64,000 nt of DNA from an uncultured Acidobacteriota bacterium (GCA_963836075.1 CAWIIB010000009.1:992001-1056000), one strand, 5' to 3'. Shown: positions 27,566-37,220, counted from the stretch's first letter. The notes: generated by a model from the sequence alone, not told the origin. Translations and numbers: made by a program.

Positions 27566-28754
27566 GGGGACGTACATGAATTTATGACTTTTTCATTTCC
27601 AGAAGAAATGAATGTAAATAGTTCCAACCACAAATTGGCGGCATCTGGTTACCTTTGGTAATTGAAAATCAAAACTCCATGCCTCGCACTGCCAGAATTG
27701 ACTATCCGGGCGCACTTCACCATGTCATTGCCCGAGGCCTGAACAGGCAGGCCATTTTTCTGGATGATAACGATCGGGACCGGTTTCTCGATCGGCTCGG
27801 CACCATTCTCACCAGGACCGAAACGTCCTGTTACGCCTGGGCGCTGATGCCGAACCACTTTCACCTGGTACTGATCACCGCAGAGGTCCCGATTTCGACC
27901 GTGATGCAAAAGCTATTGACCAGCCATGCTGTGTATTTCAACAAACGGCATGACCGGTGCGGCCACCTGTTCCAAAACAGATTCAAGTCGATTCTCTGCC
28001 AGGAGGACGCCTACCTCCTGGAACTGGTCCGCTATATTCACTTGAATCCGCTGAGGGGGGAATTGGTAGAGGATCTGCGTGAACTGGAATTATTTCCCTA
28101 CTGCGGGCACGGCGCTGTCCTTGGTCGATGCTCCCACTCCTGGCAGGATACTCGGTACGTGCTGCGACTGTTCCACCATGAAAAGCTGGAGGCACAGACC
28201 CTTTACAGAGTATTCATCAAGGATGGACTCTCCGCAGGCAAAAGGAACGATCTGGTGGAAGGCAATTTGGTCCGTCGCAATGGAGAATGGTCAGCGGTGG
28301 ATCCCCAAAACAGCTCACCATCATGGGTTTACAGTGAACGAATCCTTGGTGACGATGACTTTATTAAACGTGTGCTCAATCGGTCAAACGAATTACGGAA
28401 TAGCGAGAAAGGGACCGCTGCCCAAGAATACGATTTCAATGCGGCGGTAAAGAAGGTCGCCGCCTGGTTTGGATTAAAATCAGAGGATGTTCTTTCCTTG
28501 AGGAGGGACCATCTGGCAGCGAGAGCGCGAAGTCTGCTTTGTTATCTGGTCACCAGCGAATTGGGCATGAGTCAGGCCTTTCTGGCCCGGGACCTTGGGC
28601 TAACACAATCAGCGATCTCAAGGGCAATCCAGCGTGGATCCGAACAGGCAAAGACAGGGGGATATTCGCTACTCCTAGAACGGTAGTTCTCCTTGATATC
28701 TCAAACTACCCTCTTCGTGAACAATAAAAAATTCATAAATTCATGTACGTCCCC
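27566..28754 (+). mobile_element. Y1 HUH transposase element bounded by ~28-bp inverted repeats
   Basis: Left end GGGGACGTACATGAATTTATGACTTTTT (27566-27593); right end AAAAAATTCATAAATTCATGTACGTCCCC (28726-28754), one mismatch. The interior is visibly more AT-rich than the flanks. No target-site duplication. Confidence 0.88.
27679..28686 (+). CDS. Y1-type HUH transposase (IS200/RAYT superfamily) with C-terminal DnaA-C/TrpR-like HTH
   Basis: MPRTAR...HHVIARG, HUH motif LMPNHFHL, GHLFQNRFKS, catalytic Tyr in RYIHLNP, C-terminal HTH LGMSQAFLARDLGLTQSAISRAIQRG. Confidence 0.92.
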   Translation: MPRTARIDYPGALHHVIARGLNRQAIFLDDNDRDRFLDRLGTILTRTETSCYAWALMPNHFHLVLITAEVPISTVMQKLLTSHAVYFNKRHDRCGHLFQNRFKSILCQEDAYLLELVRYIHLNPLRGELVEDLRELELFPYCGHGAVLGRCSHSWQDTRYVLRLFHHEKLEAQTLYRVFIKDGLSAGKRNDLVEGNLVRRNGEWSAVDPQNSSPSWVYSERILGDDDFIKRVLNRSNELRNSEKGTAAQEYDFNAAVKKVAAWFGLKSEDVLSLRRDHLAARARSLLCYLVTSELGMSQAFLARDLGLTQSAISRAIQRGSEQAKTGGYSLLLER

Positions 28755-28822
28755 GTTCCGCGGTCTGTCCCTATAACTCCCTAGCAGGAGGCGGTATAAT
28801 TCCGGGCAGGAGGGATCAAGGT

Positions 28823-29917
28823 TTGATTGGTTCGAATAGCAGGCGGCTCATCGGACTGGTGTGCTTCGTGATCCTGGCGTCGGTGTCGCTGCTCCACGCC
28901 GGGCCGAAAACGGACACGGTGGTGCTGGCTAACGGCGACCGGATCACCGGGGAGATCAAGGCCCTGGACCGCGGCCGGCTGACTTACTCCACCGACGACA
29001 TGAAGACCATCTATATCGATTGGGTCAAGATCGTCCGGGTGGAGAGCCCGAACCTCTTCGAAATCGAAACGGAGGGCTTCAAACGGCTGTTCGGCAGCCT
29101 CACCAACTCCGGCGAGGACGGCTGGATAGTAATCTCCAGCGGGGAGGCTGCCTACACCCAGCGCATCGATCGGGTGGTCCGCATTACCCCGCTCAAGGGC
29201 AGCTTCTGGAGCCGGCTGAAGATCCTTCTGGACGTGGGGTACAACTACATCAGCGCCGACAATCAGCAGACGTTCACCCTGGGCAGTGAGATCAGTTCCC
29301 GGACCGAGAAAACACTTCGGACGTTGACGTTGAGTTCCTTCATGACCAGCCGGACGGACAATCCGAGCACCGCCCGGTCCCTGGCCACGTTCTCCAACAA
29401 ACGTTTTTTCGAGGATCAGCCGAGGCTCTATTTTGTCTGGCTGGCGAGCGTCGAGCAGAATGACGAGCTGGGCCTGGATCACCGGTATACGGCAGGCTCG
29501 GCCATCGGCCGCCACTTTGTCCAGACCAACATGATCCTGCTGGGGTTGAATGCAGGGCTGTCGGTCTCCCAGGAATCGTTCACCGGGACATCGGACTGGG
29601 ATCTGGACTGGAATAGCGGTGAGGTAAATGCCACCGATGACTACAACCTGGACGTGTTCCTGAGTGCCGATTTTTCGGCGGCCAGGTGGCACGGCAACGA
29701 TCTCGATTTCACCATGACCCTGGCCGTCTTTCCCTCCCTTACCAACGGGGGCCGTATCAGAGGACGGGTGGACAGCCGCCTCAGCTATGAAATCTTCAGC
29801 AATTTCTACTTTGGAATTTCGGGGTTCACGGATTACGACAGCAAACCGCCGGTGGAGGGGGTCGAGCTGTTCGACATCAGTGCCGCGCTCACCGTGGGGT
29901 GGTACTTCAACAAGTAG
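28823..29917 (+). CDS. DUF481 domain outer-membrane protein
   Basis: GGAGGGA RBS, signal peptide, DTVVLANGDRITGEI N-domain, and a barrel ending LTVGWYFNK. Confidence 0.85.
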   Translation: MIGSNSRRLIGLVCFVILASVSLLHAGPKTDTVVLANGDRITGEIKALDRGRLTYSTDDMKTIYIDWVKIVRVESPNLFEIETEGFKRLFGSLTNSGEDGWIVISSGEAAYTQRIDRVVRITPLKGSFWSRLKILLDVGYNYISADNQQTFTLGSEISSRTEKTLRTLTLSSFMTSRTDNPSTARSLATFSNKRFFEDQPRLYFVWLASVEQNDELGLDHRYTAGSAIGRHFVQTNMILLGLNAGLSVSQESFTGTSDWDLDWNSGEVNATDDYNLDVFLSADFSAARWHGNDLDFTMTLAVFPSLTNGGRIRGRVDSRLSYEIFSNFYFGISGFTDYDSKPPVEGVELFDISAALTVGWYFNK

Positions 29918-29935
29918 CCTGGTCCGGCACCCCGG

Positions 29936-31348
29936 TCATCGATCTGCAGCGGTGACGGGATTCAGCGGCGGCAGCGCCGTCGGCCCGGTCTGCTGCGGCT
30001 CGCCCCCCGATGGCCATGATTTCCTCGCCCGGGCCACCAGCCGGGAAAAGCGCTCGCCGGACCAGCCCGCCTCTGCGCCCCTATCGCCCGGACGGCCGAA
30101 GAGCCTGCGCTCAAGGGCCGCGGCCTGTCCGGCCAGTTCCGGGTCGTTGGCCCGTTCGACGAAGGCCTGCAGCGTGGGCTCATCACCGACGCCGGCGCGG
30201 TCGAGCCAGGCCATCAGGGCGGCCATGGTCCTGCCGGCATCGCCCGTAGCGGCGGTCCGGCGGAACAGTACGAAGTAATGGGCCTCGCCCTCGGCACGCC
30301 GGCGCCGGCGGTCGGCGAGCGCCGCAGGGATGCGGGCGATGCGGCGGCGGAAGAGCAGCAGCAGGATGACGGCGAGGCCCGCGGCCGCGGCCAGCAGCCG
30401 GCCGTTCCGGGAATCCTCCGCTTCGACCACCGGCGCCGCGGTGATGTCCTCCTCAACCGGTTTCTCGCCCAGGTGTTCGGCGGCCAGATCGGGATTGGGC
30501 ACCACGGTGATGGTCACCGCCGGCAGGGTTTCCATTTTCAGCTCGTTCTGTCCCAGGTCCCACCAGTGGTAGACCACCTCGGGCAGCTGGTAGGTTCCCT
30601 CCTCCTCCATGATCAGGGTGGCCGAGTCGCTGCGGCTGCCGGTGAGCTGCCCGCGGTTCGCCCGGTCGTTGATCTCCGGATTCCCCGGGTAGAGCCCCAC
30701 ACCCTCCACCGCCTCCATCTCCAGCGGCGGCAGCAGCATGCCCACCGCGTCGTCGATGGTCACGGTGACCGTGCGGGTGATCGACTGGCCCACCTTCATC
30801 TCTCCGGGTTGCGGATCCCACTGCTCACTGACCCGCAGCCCCGGCGCGGCCAGCACCAGGCCCAGCCCTTCGCTCCCCGGCGGCGGTTGTGCCTCGAAAA
30901 GCTGCGCCGGCGCCGTGAGGGACAGCTGCGGTGAGGGCCCACCCGACTCCAGGGCCACGGTGAGCGTCAGCGGCACCTCGGGCGTGCTGAACTGCCCCGC
31001 TCCCTGGGGAAAGATCAGGAAACGGCGGGCCTGGCCGGCAAAGGAGGCGCCCCCGATCCGCTCGTTGAGATTGACGCCGAAACTATCCGGCACCATCACC
31101 ACCGCGTTGGGGATGTCCAGGGTATCCGGCAGCCGGGGCGCCGAGGTGAACCAGGTGGAGGTCAGGATCTCGATCCAGAGGATCGTTTTCTGTCCCACCA
31201 GCACCGGGCCTTCGGGTTCCAGGCGGGTGCGGATGATCAGCTGTCCCGAATCGAGGAGTTCCTGCGCGGTCTGCCCGTGAGCCGCGGGTCCGGCGGAACC
31301 GGCAAGCAGCAGAAGGAGCAGGACGGGGATGAAGAGGGATCGCGTCAC
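29936..31348 (-). CDS. BatD-family protein
   Basis: GTG start overlapping the upstream stop; signal peptide, two Ig-like BatD repeats (VLVGQK..., MKVGQSITRTVT, YHWWDL), a TM helix and terminal LPPLNP. Confidence 0.85.
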   Translation of the reverse strand: MTRSLFIPVLLLLLLAGSAGPAAHGQTAQELLDSGQLIIRTRLEPEGPVLVGQKTILWIEILTSTWFTSAPRLPDTLDIPNAVVMVPDSFGVNLNERIGGASFAGQARRFLIFPQGAGQFSTPEVPLTLTVALESGGPSPQLSLTAPAQLFEAQPPPGSEGLGLVLAAPGLRVSEQWDPQPGEMKVGQSITRTVTVTIDDAVGMLLPPLEMEAVEGVGLYPGNPEINDRANRGQLTGSRSDSATLIMEEEGTYQLPEVVYHWWDLGQNELKMETLPAVTITVVPNPDLAAEHLGEKPVEEDITAAPVVEAEDSRNGRLLAAAAGLAVILLLLFRRRIARIPAALADRRRRRAEGEAHYFVLFRRTAATGDAGRTMAALMAWLDRAGVGDEPTLQAFVERANDPELAGQAAALERRLFGRPGDRGAEAGWSGERFSRLVARARKSWPSGGEPQQTGPTALPPLNPVTAADR

Positions 31349-32013
31349 GGTTGTCCCTCCCCTCCGGCCGGCCGGCCCAGCTGGTTCTGGTAGGCGAACT
31401 TCCAGCGCAGGAAATCGGCGGGGCTGGTCTCCACCTGGCGCAGCCACATATCAGCCAGCTGCTGGTCGGTGAGTTGACCGCCTTCGCCGTCCATCTCGGT
31501 GTCGATGCCCTCCTCGTTCAAACGCTGCTTCTCGGCGTCGAAGACGATCTCGTCGGCCATGGCGTCCCGCCCCACCACCCCCGATTCCCCGCCGCCGCTG
31601 TCCGGCCGCCAGGGGATGAAGAGCGTGACGTATTCGCGGTTCGCTTCGGCCTCGGGGTAGTCGGGCCGCCGTTCCAGGGCCTGCTCGTACGCGGCCACCG
31701 CGTCGGGATAGCTCTCCAGGTGGGCCAGGGCGTTGCCGCGGTTGAACCAGCCCTCGGCGCTGTCCACCAGCGAGAACTGGCCGGCGGCGGCTTCGAAGTC
31801 CTTGGCGGCGTAGAAGGCGATGCCGCGCCACAGCGGGTCTTCGAACCGTTCGGCGGCAATCTCATACTCACCCCGCTCGAAATAGTAGCGCCCCTGCTGG
31901 TCGGCGGTGAGCCAGAGGTCGGCGAAGCGGAAACTCCCGCTGCAGGCGGACAGACCGATGGATAGGGCCAGGATGGCGAGCAGCAGGACCCAAGTTCGCA
32001 CCGTCTGTCTCAT
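31345..32013 (-). CDS. TPR protein (BatC-like / C-terminal half of the VWA-TPR type)
   Basis: LWLTADQQG...AAERFEDPLWRGIAFY, FNRGNALA TPR, and WLRQVETSPADFLRWKF. Confidence 0.85.
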   Translation of the reverse strand: MRQTVRTWVLLLAILALSIGLSACSGSFRFADLWLTADQQGRYYFERGEYEIAAERFEDPLWRGIAFYAAKDFEAAAGQFSLVDSAEGWFNRGNALAHLESYPDAVAAYEQALERRPDYPEAEANREYVTLFIPWRPDSGGGESGVVGRDAMADEIVFDAEKQRLNEEGIDTEMDGEGGQLTDQQLADMWLRQVETSPADFLRWKFAYQNQLGRPAGGEGQP

Positions 32014-33014
32014 CACGTCTCCCACTGGATCGACCAGCCGCGGCGGAACCAGAAAAGGGCCAGCAGCGCCGCCACGAAAACCAGCCAGTAACCTTCGTCC
32101 CGCCAGCGACCCTGCTGATCCTCCTGCTGCACATCGCTGAGGTGCCGGGCCATACGGCCGTCAAGACGGCGGACGTCGGTATCGTCGACGGTGACCAGGG
32201 TGAGGTATCCGTCGCAGTCCGCGGCCAGCGATTCCAGGCCCGCACGGTCCAGACGGCTCACACCGGCCGCGCCATCCAGACCGTCGCCCCCCACCGCCGG
32301 GATCGGGCCACCCTGTTCGGTGGCCACGGCGAGAAAGGCCAGCTGGTCGCGCTGCGTTTGCCCGTGTTCAATCAACACCGGGCGGGATACTTCCTCCACT
32401 CCGTCGGTGAGGAAGAGGATGGTCCCTGGTGTCTCCTCCGTCGCCAGCATTTGCTGGGCCAGGGCCAGTGCCCGGGAGGTGTCCTTGCCCGGCACAGGCA
32501 TCAGCCCCGGTTCCAGCGAAGAGAGGTAGAGCTCGATGGCCCCCGGGTCGTCGGTGAAGGGGATGACCATGTGGGCGCTGCCGGCATAGGCCAGCAGTGC
32601 GGTCCGCGCCCCCTTGCGCCCGGCCAGGATGTCGGCGCCTTTCTGCTTGGCCCGTTCCAGACGCGAGGGCTGGATGTCCTCCACCAGCATCGTGGCCGAG
32701 AGGTCGAGGGCCAGCACCAGGGGCGCGGTGTCCTGGGTGAAGGGCGGCGGCTCACGGCGCCAGGAGGGCCCGGCCAGAGCAATCGCGCCGACCACCATCA
32801 TGATCACCAGCAGGTGCAGGGGACGGACCAGCGACCGCCCGGCGGGCGTGACCACCAGGTGCTCCAGCAGGTGCGGGGCGATCACCGCCCGCCACTTCCG
32901 GGCGGCGCTCTGCTGGAAGCGCAGCCCGAGGAAAACCAGCAGGGCCGGGAGCAGCATCAGCAGCCACCAGGGCCGCAGGAAGTGGAAGTCGGCGAACTGT
33001 GCCAGGTCAGGCAT
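32013..33014 (-). CDS. VWA domain membrane protein (BatB-like)
   Basis: FHFLRPWWLL N-terminus, LAGPSW, DLSATM, PSRLERAK, LTDG. Confidence 0.9.
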   Translation of the reverse strand: MPDLAQFADFHFLRPWWLLMLLPALLVFLGLRFQQSAARKWRAVIAPHLLEHLVVTPAGRSLVRPLHLLVIMMVVGAIALAGPSWRREPPPFTQDTAPLVLALDLSATMLVEDIQPSRLERAKQKGADILAGRKGARTALLAYAGSAHMVIPFTDDPGAIELYLSSLEPGLMPVPGKDTSRALALAQQMLATEETPGTILFLTDGVEEVSRPVLIEHGQTQRDQLAFLAVATEQGGPIPAVGGDGLDGAAGVSRLDRAGLESLAADCDGYLTLVTVDDTDVRRLDGRMARHLSDVQQEDQQGRWRDEGYWLVFVAALLALFWFRRGWSIQWET

Positions 33015-34008
33015 GGGCCGTCCCCCTTCCCCGGATTCGGCTCCAGCCGGCCATCAGCAGGTGGTAGGCGGTGAGCAGCACCAGCGCCGCCCCCAGCGGC
33101 CAGTGGAACAGCGGCCGTTTGGGCCGGTAGGAGAACGACTCGAAGTCCTGGGGCTCGAGGGCATCGATCTCCGTGTACACCTTTTCCAGCTCGCCGCTGT
33201 CCCCGGCGTGGAAATACCGGCCGCCGGTGGCCTCGGCCATCTGCCGCAGGGTCGCCTCGTCCAGCGGCGCCTCGCCGGCGGCCGAGGCGTCGCCCACCCC
33301 GATGACGTGGATGGTGATCTCGTGCATCGCCGCGATGCCGGCGGCCTTCACCGGGGGGATCTTGCTGCCGGTGTCGTTGCCGTCGGTGAGCAGGATCAGC
33401 AGCCGCTGCTCGGCCTCGCTCTCCTCGAAGACCCGGATGGCCAGCCCCACCGCGTCACCCAGCATGGTCCGCGGACCGGCCATGCGGATCTGCGCCTCGT
33501 CCAGCAGGGTGGTAAACGTGTCGTGGTCCATGGTGAAGGGGACCTGGAGAAAGGCGGCGTTGCCAAAGAGGATCAGGCCCAGCCGGTCGGTCTCGCGCCG
33601 GGCGACGAAATCGGCCAGCACTGACTTCACCGCGGTGAGGCGGTCCACCAGCTCGCCGTCCTCGCCGGTGAAATCCCGGGTCTCCATCGACCCCGAGAGG
33701 TCCACGGCCATCATCAGGTCGCGGGCCGAATCGATCTTCTCAATGGGATCCTCCACCCACTGCGGGGCGGCCAGTGCCGTCACCAGCAACAGCCAGGTGA
33801 GGGGCAGGAGGAACAGTTGGAACAGGTTCCGGCGCAGGATCACCGCCCCCCTGGACGGCTGCACCTTTGCCACGCCGGCCAGTTCCTCGAAGAAGGGCGA
33901 ACGCACCGATTCCTTGCCTTCGCGGTAGGGCGGCAGCAGCAGCCGCACCAGCACCGGCAGGACCAGCAGCAGGAACATCCAGGGGTGGTCGAACTGGAGC
34001 ATGCTCAC
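33007..34008 (-). CDS. VWA domain membrane protein (BatA-like)
   Basis: FDHPW N-terminus, MIDAS DLSGSM, DRLGLILFG, LLTDGNDT, ATGGRYF. Confidence 0.92.
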   Translation of the reverse strand: MSMLQFDHPWMFLLLVLPVLVRLLLPPYREGKESVRSPFFEELAGVAKVQPSRGAVILRRNLFQLFLLPLTWLLLVTALAAPQWVEDPIEKIDSARDLMMAVDLSGSMETRDFTGEDGELVDRLTAVKSVLADFVARRETDRLGLILFGNAAFLQVPFTMDHDTFTTLLDEAQIRMAGPRTMLGDAVGLAIRVFEESEAEQRLLILLTDGNDTGSKIPPVKAAGIAAMHEITIHVIGVGDASAAGEAPLDEATLRQMAEATGGRYFHAGDSGELEKVYTEIDALEPQDFESFSYRPKRPLFHWPLGAALVLLTAYHLLMAGWSRIRGRGTAHA

Positions 34009-34520
34009 TTACCCCCCCTGGGGTGCCGGTGCCTGCGGATCCAGCGCCGCGACACCGTGAGCAGCTCCCGCACATCGCCGGCCGGCGGTGCCGTCGCTGC
34101 CGGGCTGTAGGGCAGGTCGGCGAGAATCCGTCCGGGACCGCTGCTGAAATCGGTGGAGCTGGCGGCGGAGTCGAGAAAGCCGAGCCAGGCCTCGCCGCTG
34201 AGGCCGGCCACCTCTTCACGGGGGAAAACGGCCAGGGCGGTCCGCTTGAGCAGCGCCGCGATATCGGCCAGCACTCGGGAAGGGCCCGTCTCGCCGTCCA
34301 GCCGCGCCCGGAACGTGGCCAGCTCGGCCAGGGCGGCGCGGCGGTAGCGGTTGGCCGCATGCCGGCGGTAGGCGGCCCTCAACATCCAGAGCAGGCCGAT
34401 GGCGGCCAGCGCCGCCAGCACGTACCAGCCGATGGTCTGCGGCGTCCAGGCAACAGGCGCAGGCAGACTGATCTCCTGCAGCTTGTCGAGGAAGGTGTTG
34501 CCGAAATCATCGCCGAACAT
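34005..34520 (-). CDS. DUF4381 domain protein
   Basis: LQEISLPAPVAWTPQTIGWY, NRYRRAALAEL, LLKRTAL, LSGEAWLGFLD. Confidence 0.88.
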   Translation of the reverse strand: MFGDDFGNTFLDKLQEISLPAPVAWTPQTIGWYVLAALAAIGLLWMLRAAYRRHAANRYRRAALAELATFRARLDGETGPSRVLADIAALLKRTALAVFPREEVAGLSGEAWLGFLDSAASSTDFSSGPGRILADLPYSPAATAPPAGDVRELLTVSRRWIRRHRHPRGGK

Positions 34521-34537
34521 CAGTCACTTACCTGTCT

Positions 34538-36214
34538 TCAGGAGCCCGGTCTCTCGCCCGGCAGCACCTCCACCAACGGCTCACCGATTGATCCTGAAGG
34601 CGGTTTGATCCCCAGATAGACGGCGATGGTGGCCGCAATGTCATAGGGGGCAACCGGCCGCGAGATCTTTTGCGCAGGCACACCGTTGCCGGCAAAGAAG
34701 AGCGGCACAAAGGTGTCGTAGGACCAGGGCGAACAGTGGATCGCCGCGATGTGCGTGGTGGTGTCCATCTCGTAGTAGAAATACCAGAACTGGTCCGAGA
34801 TAACGTGGACGTGTCCCGATCGTTTGAGGTGGAAGTTGTTTAGAATGGACTGGTTCACCGGCGTCGGGGCAAAGGTCCCCTTGACCAGGTCGGTGCGGGT
34901 CACCGCCCCGATCATGCCGGGAAACCTGGTGATTTCCGCCGCCACCGCCGCTTCAACCTCGGCCACGGTGTAGTCGGTTCGGGCAATGACTTCCTCGTCG
35001 AGATAGACGTAGGGGTGTTCGTAAAGCCGGATCACCTCCGGGGGCAGGTCGAGCTTCTCCTTGAGGGCCTTCCGGACCGTGCCTTCAGTGATGGTCTCCG
35101 AGGTCAGGCGTCCCACCTCGAAACCGAGGCTCTGCATGTATTCCGGGGCTTCGCACATTCCGTGGTCGGCGGCGAGGACGATCAGGGTGTTGTCCAGGCC
35201 CACCTCCTGGTCGACGAAACGGAAGAGGTCGGCCAGCAGGCGGTCCAGCCGCAGGACATTGTCCTCCGCCTCGAGGCTTGACGGCCCGAAGACGTGGCCG
35301 ATGTAGTCGGTATTCGAAAAACTGACCGCCAGGAAGTCGGTCTGCTCGCCCTGTCCCAGCTTCTCGGCCTTGAGCAGCGTTTTGGCAAAGTCGGCGGTCA
35401 GCTGGTCGCCGAAGGGCGTGGCAAGCATCAGGGCGTAAAAATACTTCGAGTCGCCCTTCAGCGGGTGGGGGAAGGTGGTGCCCAGGCCGAAGATATCCAC
35501 CTCCCAGGGGCGGTCGTCATCCTCACCGAAGAGGTAGGTGGATTGTTCGTTGAGCAGCGTCCAGGACGTATCCTTGAAACGGTCAGCTGGTTTCTTCGCG
35601 TTCCACTGTGTGACCCAGTCGGGATAGTCCTTGTAGTAGTAAGTGCTGCTGGTGAACGAGCCGTCCTTCTTCGAGTACCAGAAAGCCTTGCCGGTATGCC
35701 CGCCGGGGAGGATGGCGCCGCGGTCCTTGATCGAAACACTGAACACTCGGGAGCGGTTGTTGGTGGCGATCACCAGTTCGTCGCCGATGGTGGAGGAGAG
35801 CAGGTTGGTCGGCGCCCGCCCCTTGCCCTGGGCCGGCTCCTGACCAATCATCGGGTAGCGGTCGTCCTCGCAGTTGTAGATCACCCGCTCCTTGTCCATG
35901 TCGAACCAGTTGCCGGCCACGATGCCGTTGTGCGCTGGCCAGGTGCCGGTGAACAGCGCAGCGTGACCGATGGGTGTTTCGGTGTCGGCGTGCCGGAAGT
36001 GGGCGTTGCGGTAATGCGTGCCCTGTTCCATCAGATACCTGAAGCCGCCCTCCCCCAGACGGTCGGCGTAGCGCGTGGGAAAATCGCCGCGCATCTGGTC
36101 CACGGTGATCTGAAGGACCAGTTTCGGTTTCGGAGGAGCGGTCTGACCCGGTGCCGCCGGCAGGACCAGTAGAGAAAACAGAAGTGCAAATAAAACGAAT
36201 CGCGTGATTTTCAT
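34538..36214 (-). CDS. Alkaline phosphatase superfamily protein (PafA-like / nucleotide pyrophosphatase)
   Basis: Signal peptide; PKLVLQITVDQMRGD, Thr-nucleophile TETPIGH, SIKDRGAILPGGH, DYIGH and ADHG metal ligands. Confidence 0.9.
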   Translation of the reverse strand: MKITRFVLFALLFSLLVLPAAPGQTAPPKPKLVLQITVDQMRGDFPTRYADRLGEGGFRYLMEQGTHYRNAHFRHADTETPIGHAALFTGTWPAHNGIVAGNWFDMDKERVIYNCEDDRYPMIGQEPAQGKGRAPTNLLSSTIGDELVIATNNRSRVFSVSIKDRGAILPGGHTGKAFWYSKKDGSFTSSTYYYKDYPDWVTQWNAKKPADRFKDTSWTLLNEQSTYLFGEDDDRPWEVDIFGLGTTFPHPLKGDSKYFYALMLATPFGDQLTADFAKTLLKAEKLGQGEQTDFLAVSFSNTDYIGHVFGPSSLEAEDNVLRLDRLLADLFRFVDQEVGLDNTLIVLAADHGMCEAPEYMQSLGFEVGRLTSETITEGTVRKALKEKLDLPPEVIRLYEHPYVYLDEEVIARTDYTVAEVEAAVAAEITRFPGMIGAVTRTDLVKGTFAPTPVNQSILNNFHLKRSGHVHVISDQFWYFYYEMDTTTHIAAIHCSPWSYDTFVPLFFAGNGVPAQKISRPVAPYDIAATIAVYLGIKPPSGSIGEPLVEVLPGERPGS

Positions 36215-36275
36215 CAATCTCTCCCTGTAGGGTCGAATGTACATCGGGTGAACGATCCGGTCTGGCTTAGGCTGC

Positions 36276-37220
36276 TCACCCCCGCTTCCCGGGGGCGTAC
36301 CCCAGCAGCCGGCGGACCTGCATCGCCACGTCCTCGGCGGTGTGGATCAGCATCACCGGCACGCCCACCCGTCCCAGCTCGCCCTTGATCCCCTTGAGTT
36401 TCTCGTCGAAATAGTCGGACACCCGCCTGCGCATGCGCCCCCGTCCGCTGTCCAGCTCCAGCTGCAGCTCGCCGTCGCTGACTACCAGCCGGCCGGCATC
36501 TGGCAGGTCGAGCTTGATCGGGTCGTAGAGCAGGGCGGCGATCACGTCGTTGTGCGCGGCGATGCGGGTCAGCAGCCGTTTCGAATCCTCGTCGAAACCG
36601 CTGAAGTCGCTGACCAGGCAGACCAGGTGGTCGTGGTTGGCCTGCCGCGCCGCTCTCTCCAGCGCCTGGTTGAGCATCGCCGGATTCTCGCTGATCCCGG
36701 CATCCACCCGCAGGGCGTGGTTCATCCGGGTGACCGCACCGAGGATCTGCATCACCCGGCCGCGGCTGCGGTGCGGGCGGATCTCCTCCATCTCCGTGTC
36801 GTTGAAGACCAGTGCGCCCACCCGGTCGCCGGCGGAGAAGACCCGCCAGGCGGACAGCGCGGCCAGCTCAGCGGCCACCACCGACTTCATCGCCCGCCGG
36901 CTGCCGAAGAACATGGAGAGCCGCTGGTCCACCACCAGCATCGCCGGGCGGTCCCGCTCCTCGGTGAAAACCCGCACGTGGGGCTTGCCCGTGCGCTGGG
37001 TGATCTTCCAGTCCATGGTGCGGATGTCGTCGCCGGGGAGGTAGCGCCGGATCTCCTCGAAGTTGAGGCCCCGGCCGCGCATGCGGGAGGTGTGCCGCCC
37101 GGAGAGCAGGCTGTGCACCGGCTGGCGGGGCAGGAAGCTGAACCCCGAAGCCTTGTGCTCCAGACGGACCAACTCGCCCAGGTCGGCATAGACGCCTGCT
37201 GTTGTGGTCTCAGCCGCCAC
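36276..37220 (-). CDS. DUF58 domain protein (MoxR-associated)
   Basis: GRGLNFEEIRRYLPGDDIRTMDWKIT, EERDRP, VDQRLSMFFGS, LVSDF. Confidence 0.92.
   Translation of the reverse strand: MAAETTTAGVYADLGELVRLEHKASGFSFLPRQPVHSLLSGRHTSRMRGRGLNFEEIRRYLPGDDIRTMDWKITQRTGKPHVRVFTEERDRPAMLVVDQRLSMFFGSRRAMKSVVAAELAALSAWRVFSAGDRVGALVFNDTEMEEIRPHRSRGRVMQILGAVTRMNHALRVDAGISENPAMLNQALERAARQANHDHLVCLVSDFSGFDEDSKRLLTRIAAHNDVIAALLYDPIKLDLPDAGRLVVSDGELQLELDSGRGRMRRRVSDYFDEKLKGIKGELGRVGVPVMLIHTAEDVAMQVRRLLGYAPGKRG

Noticed and set aside
27679-28686. IS605/IS200 element with TnpB or an RNA-guided nuclease
   Set aside because: There is no tnpB/iscB ORF, and only about 40 bp separate the transposase stop from the right end.
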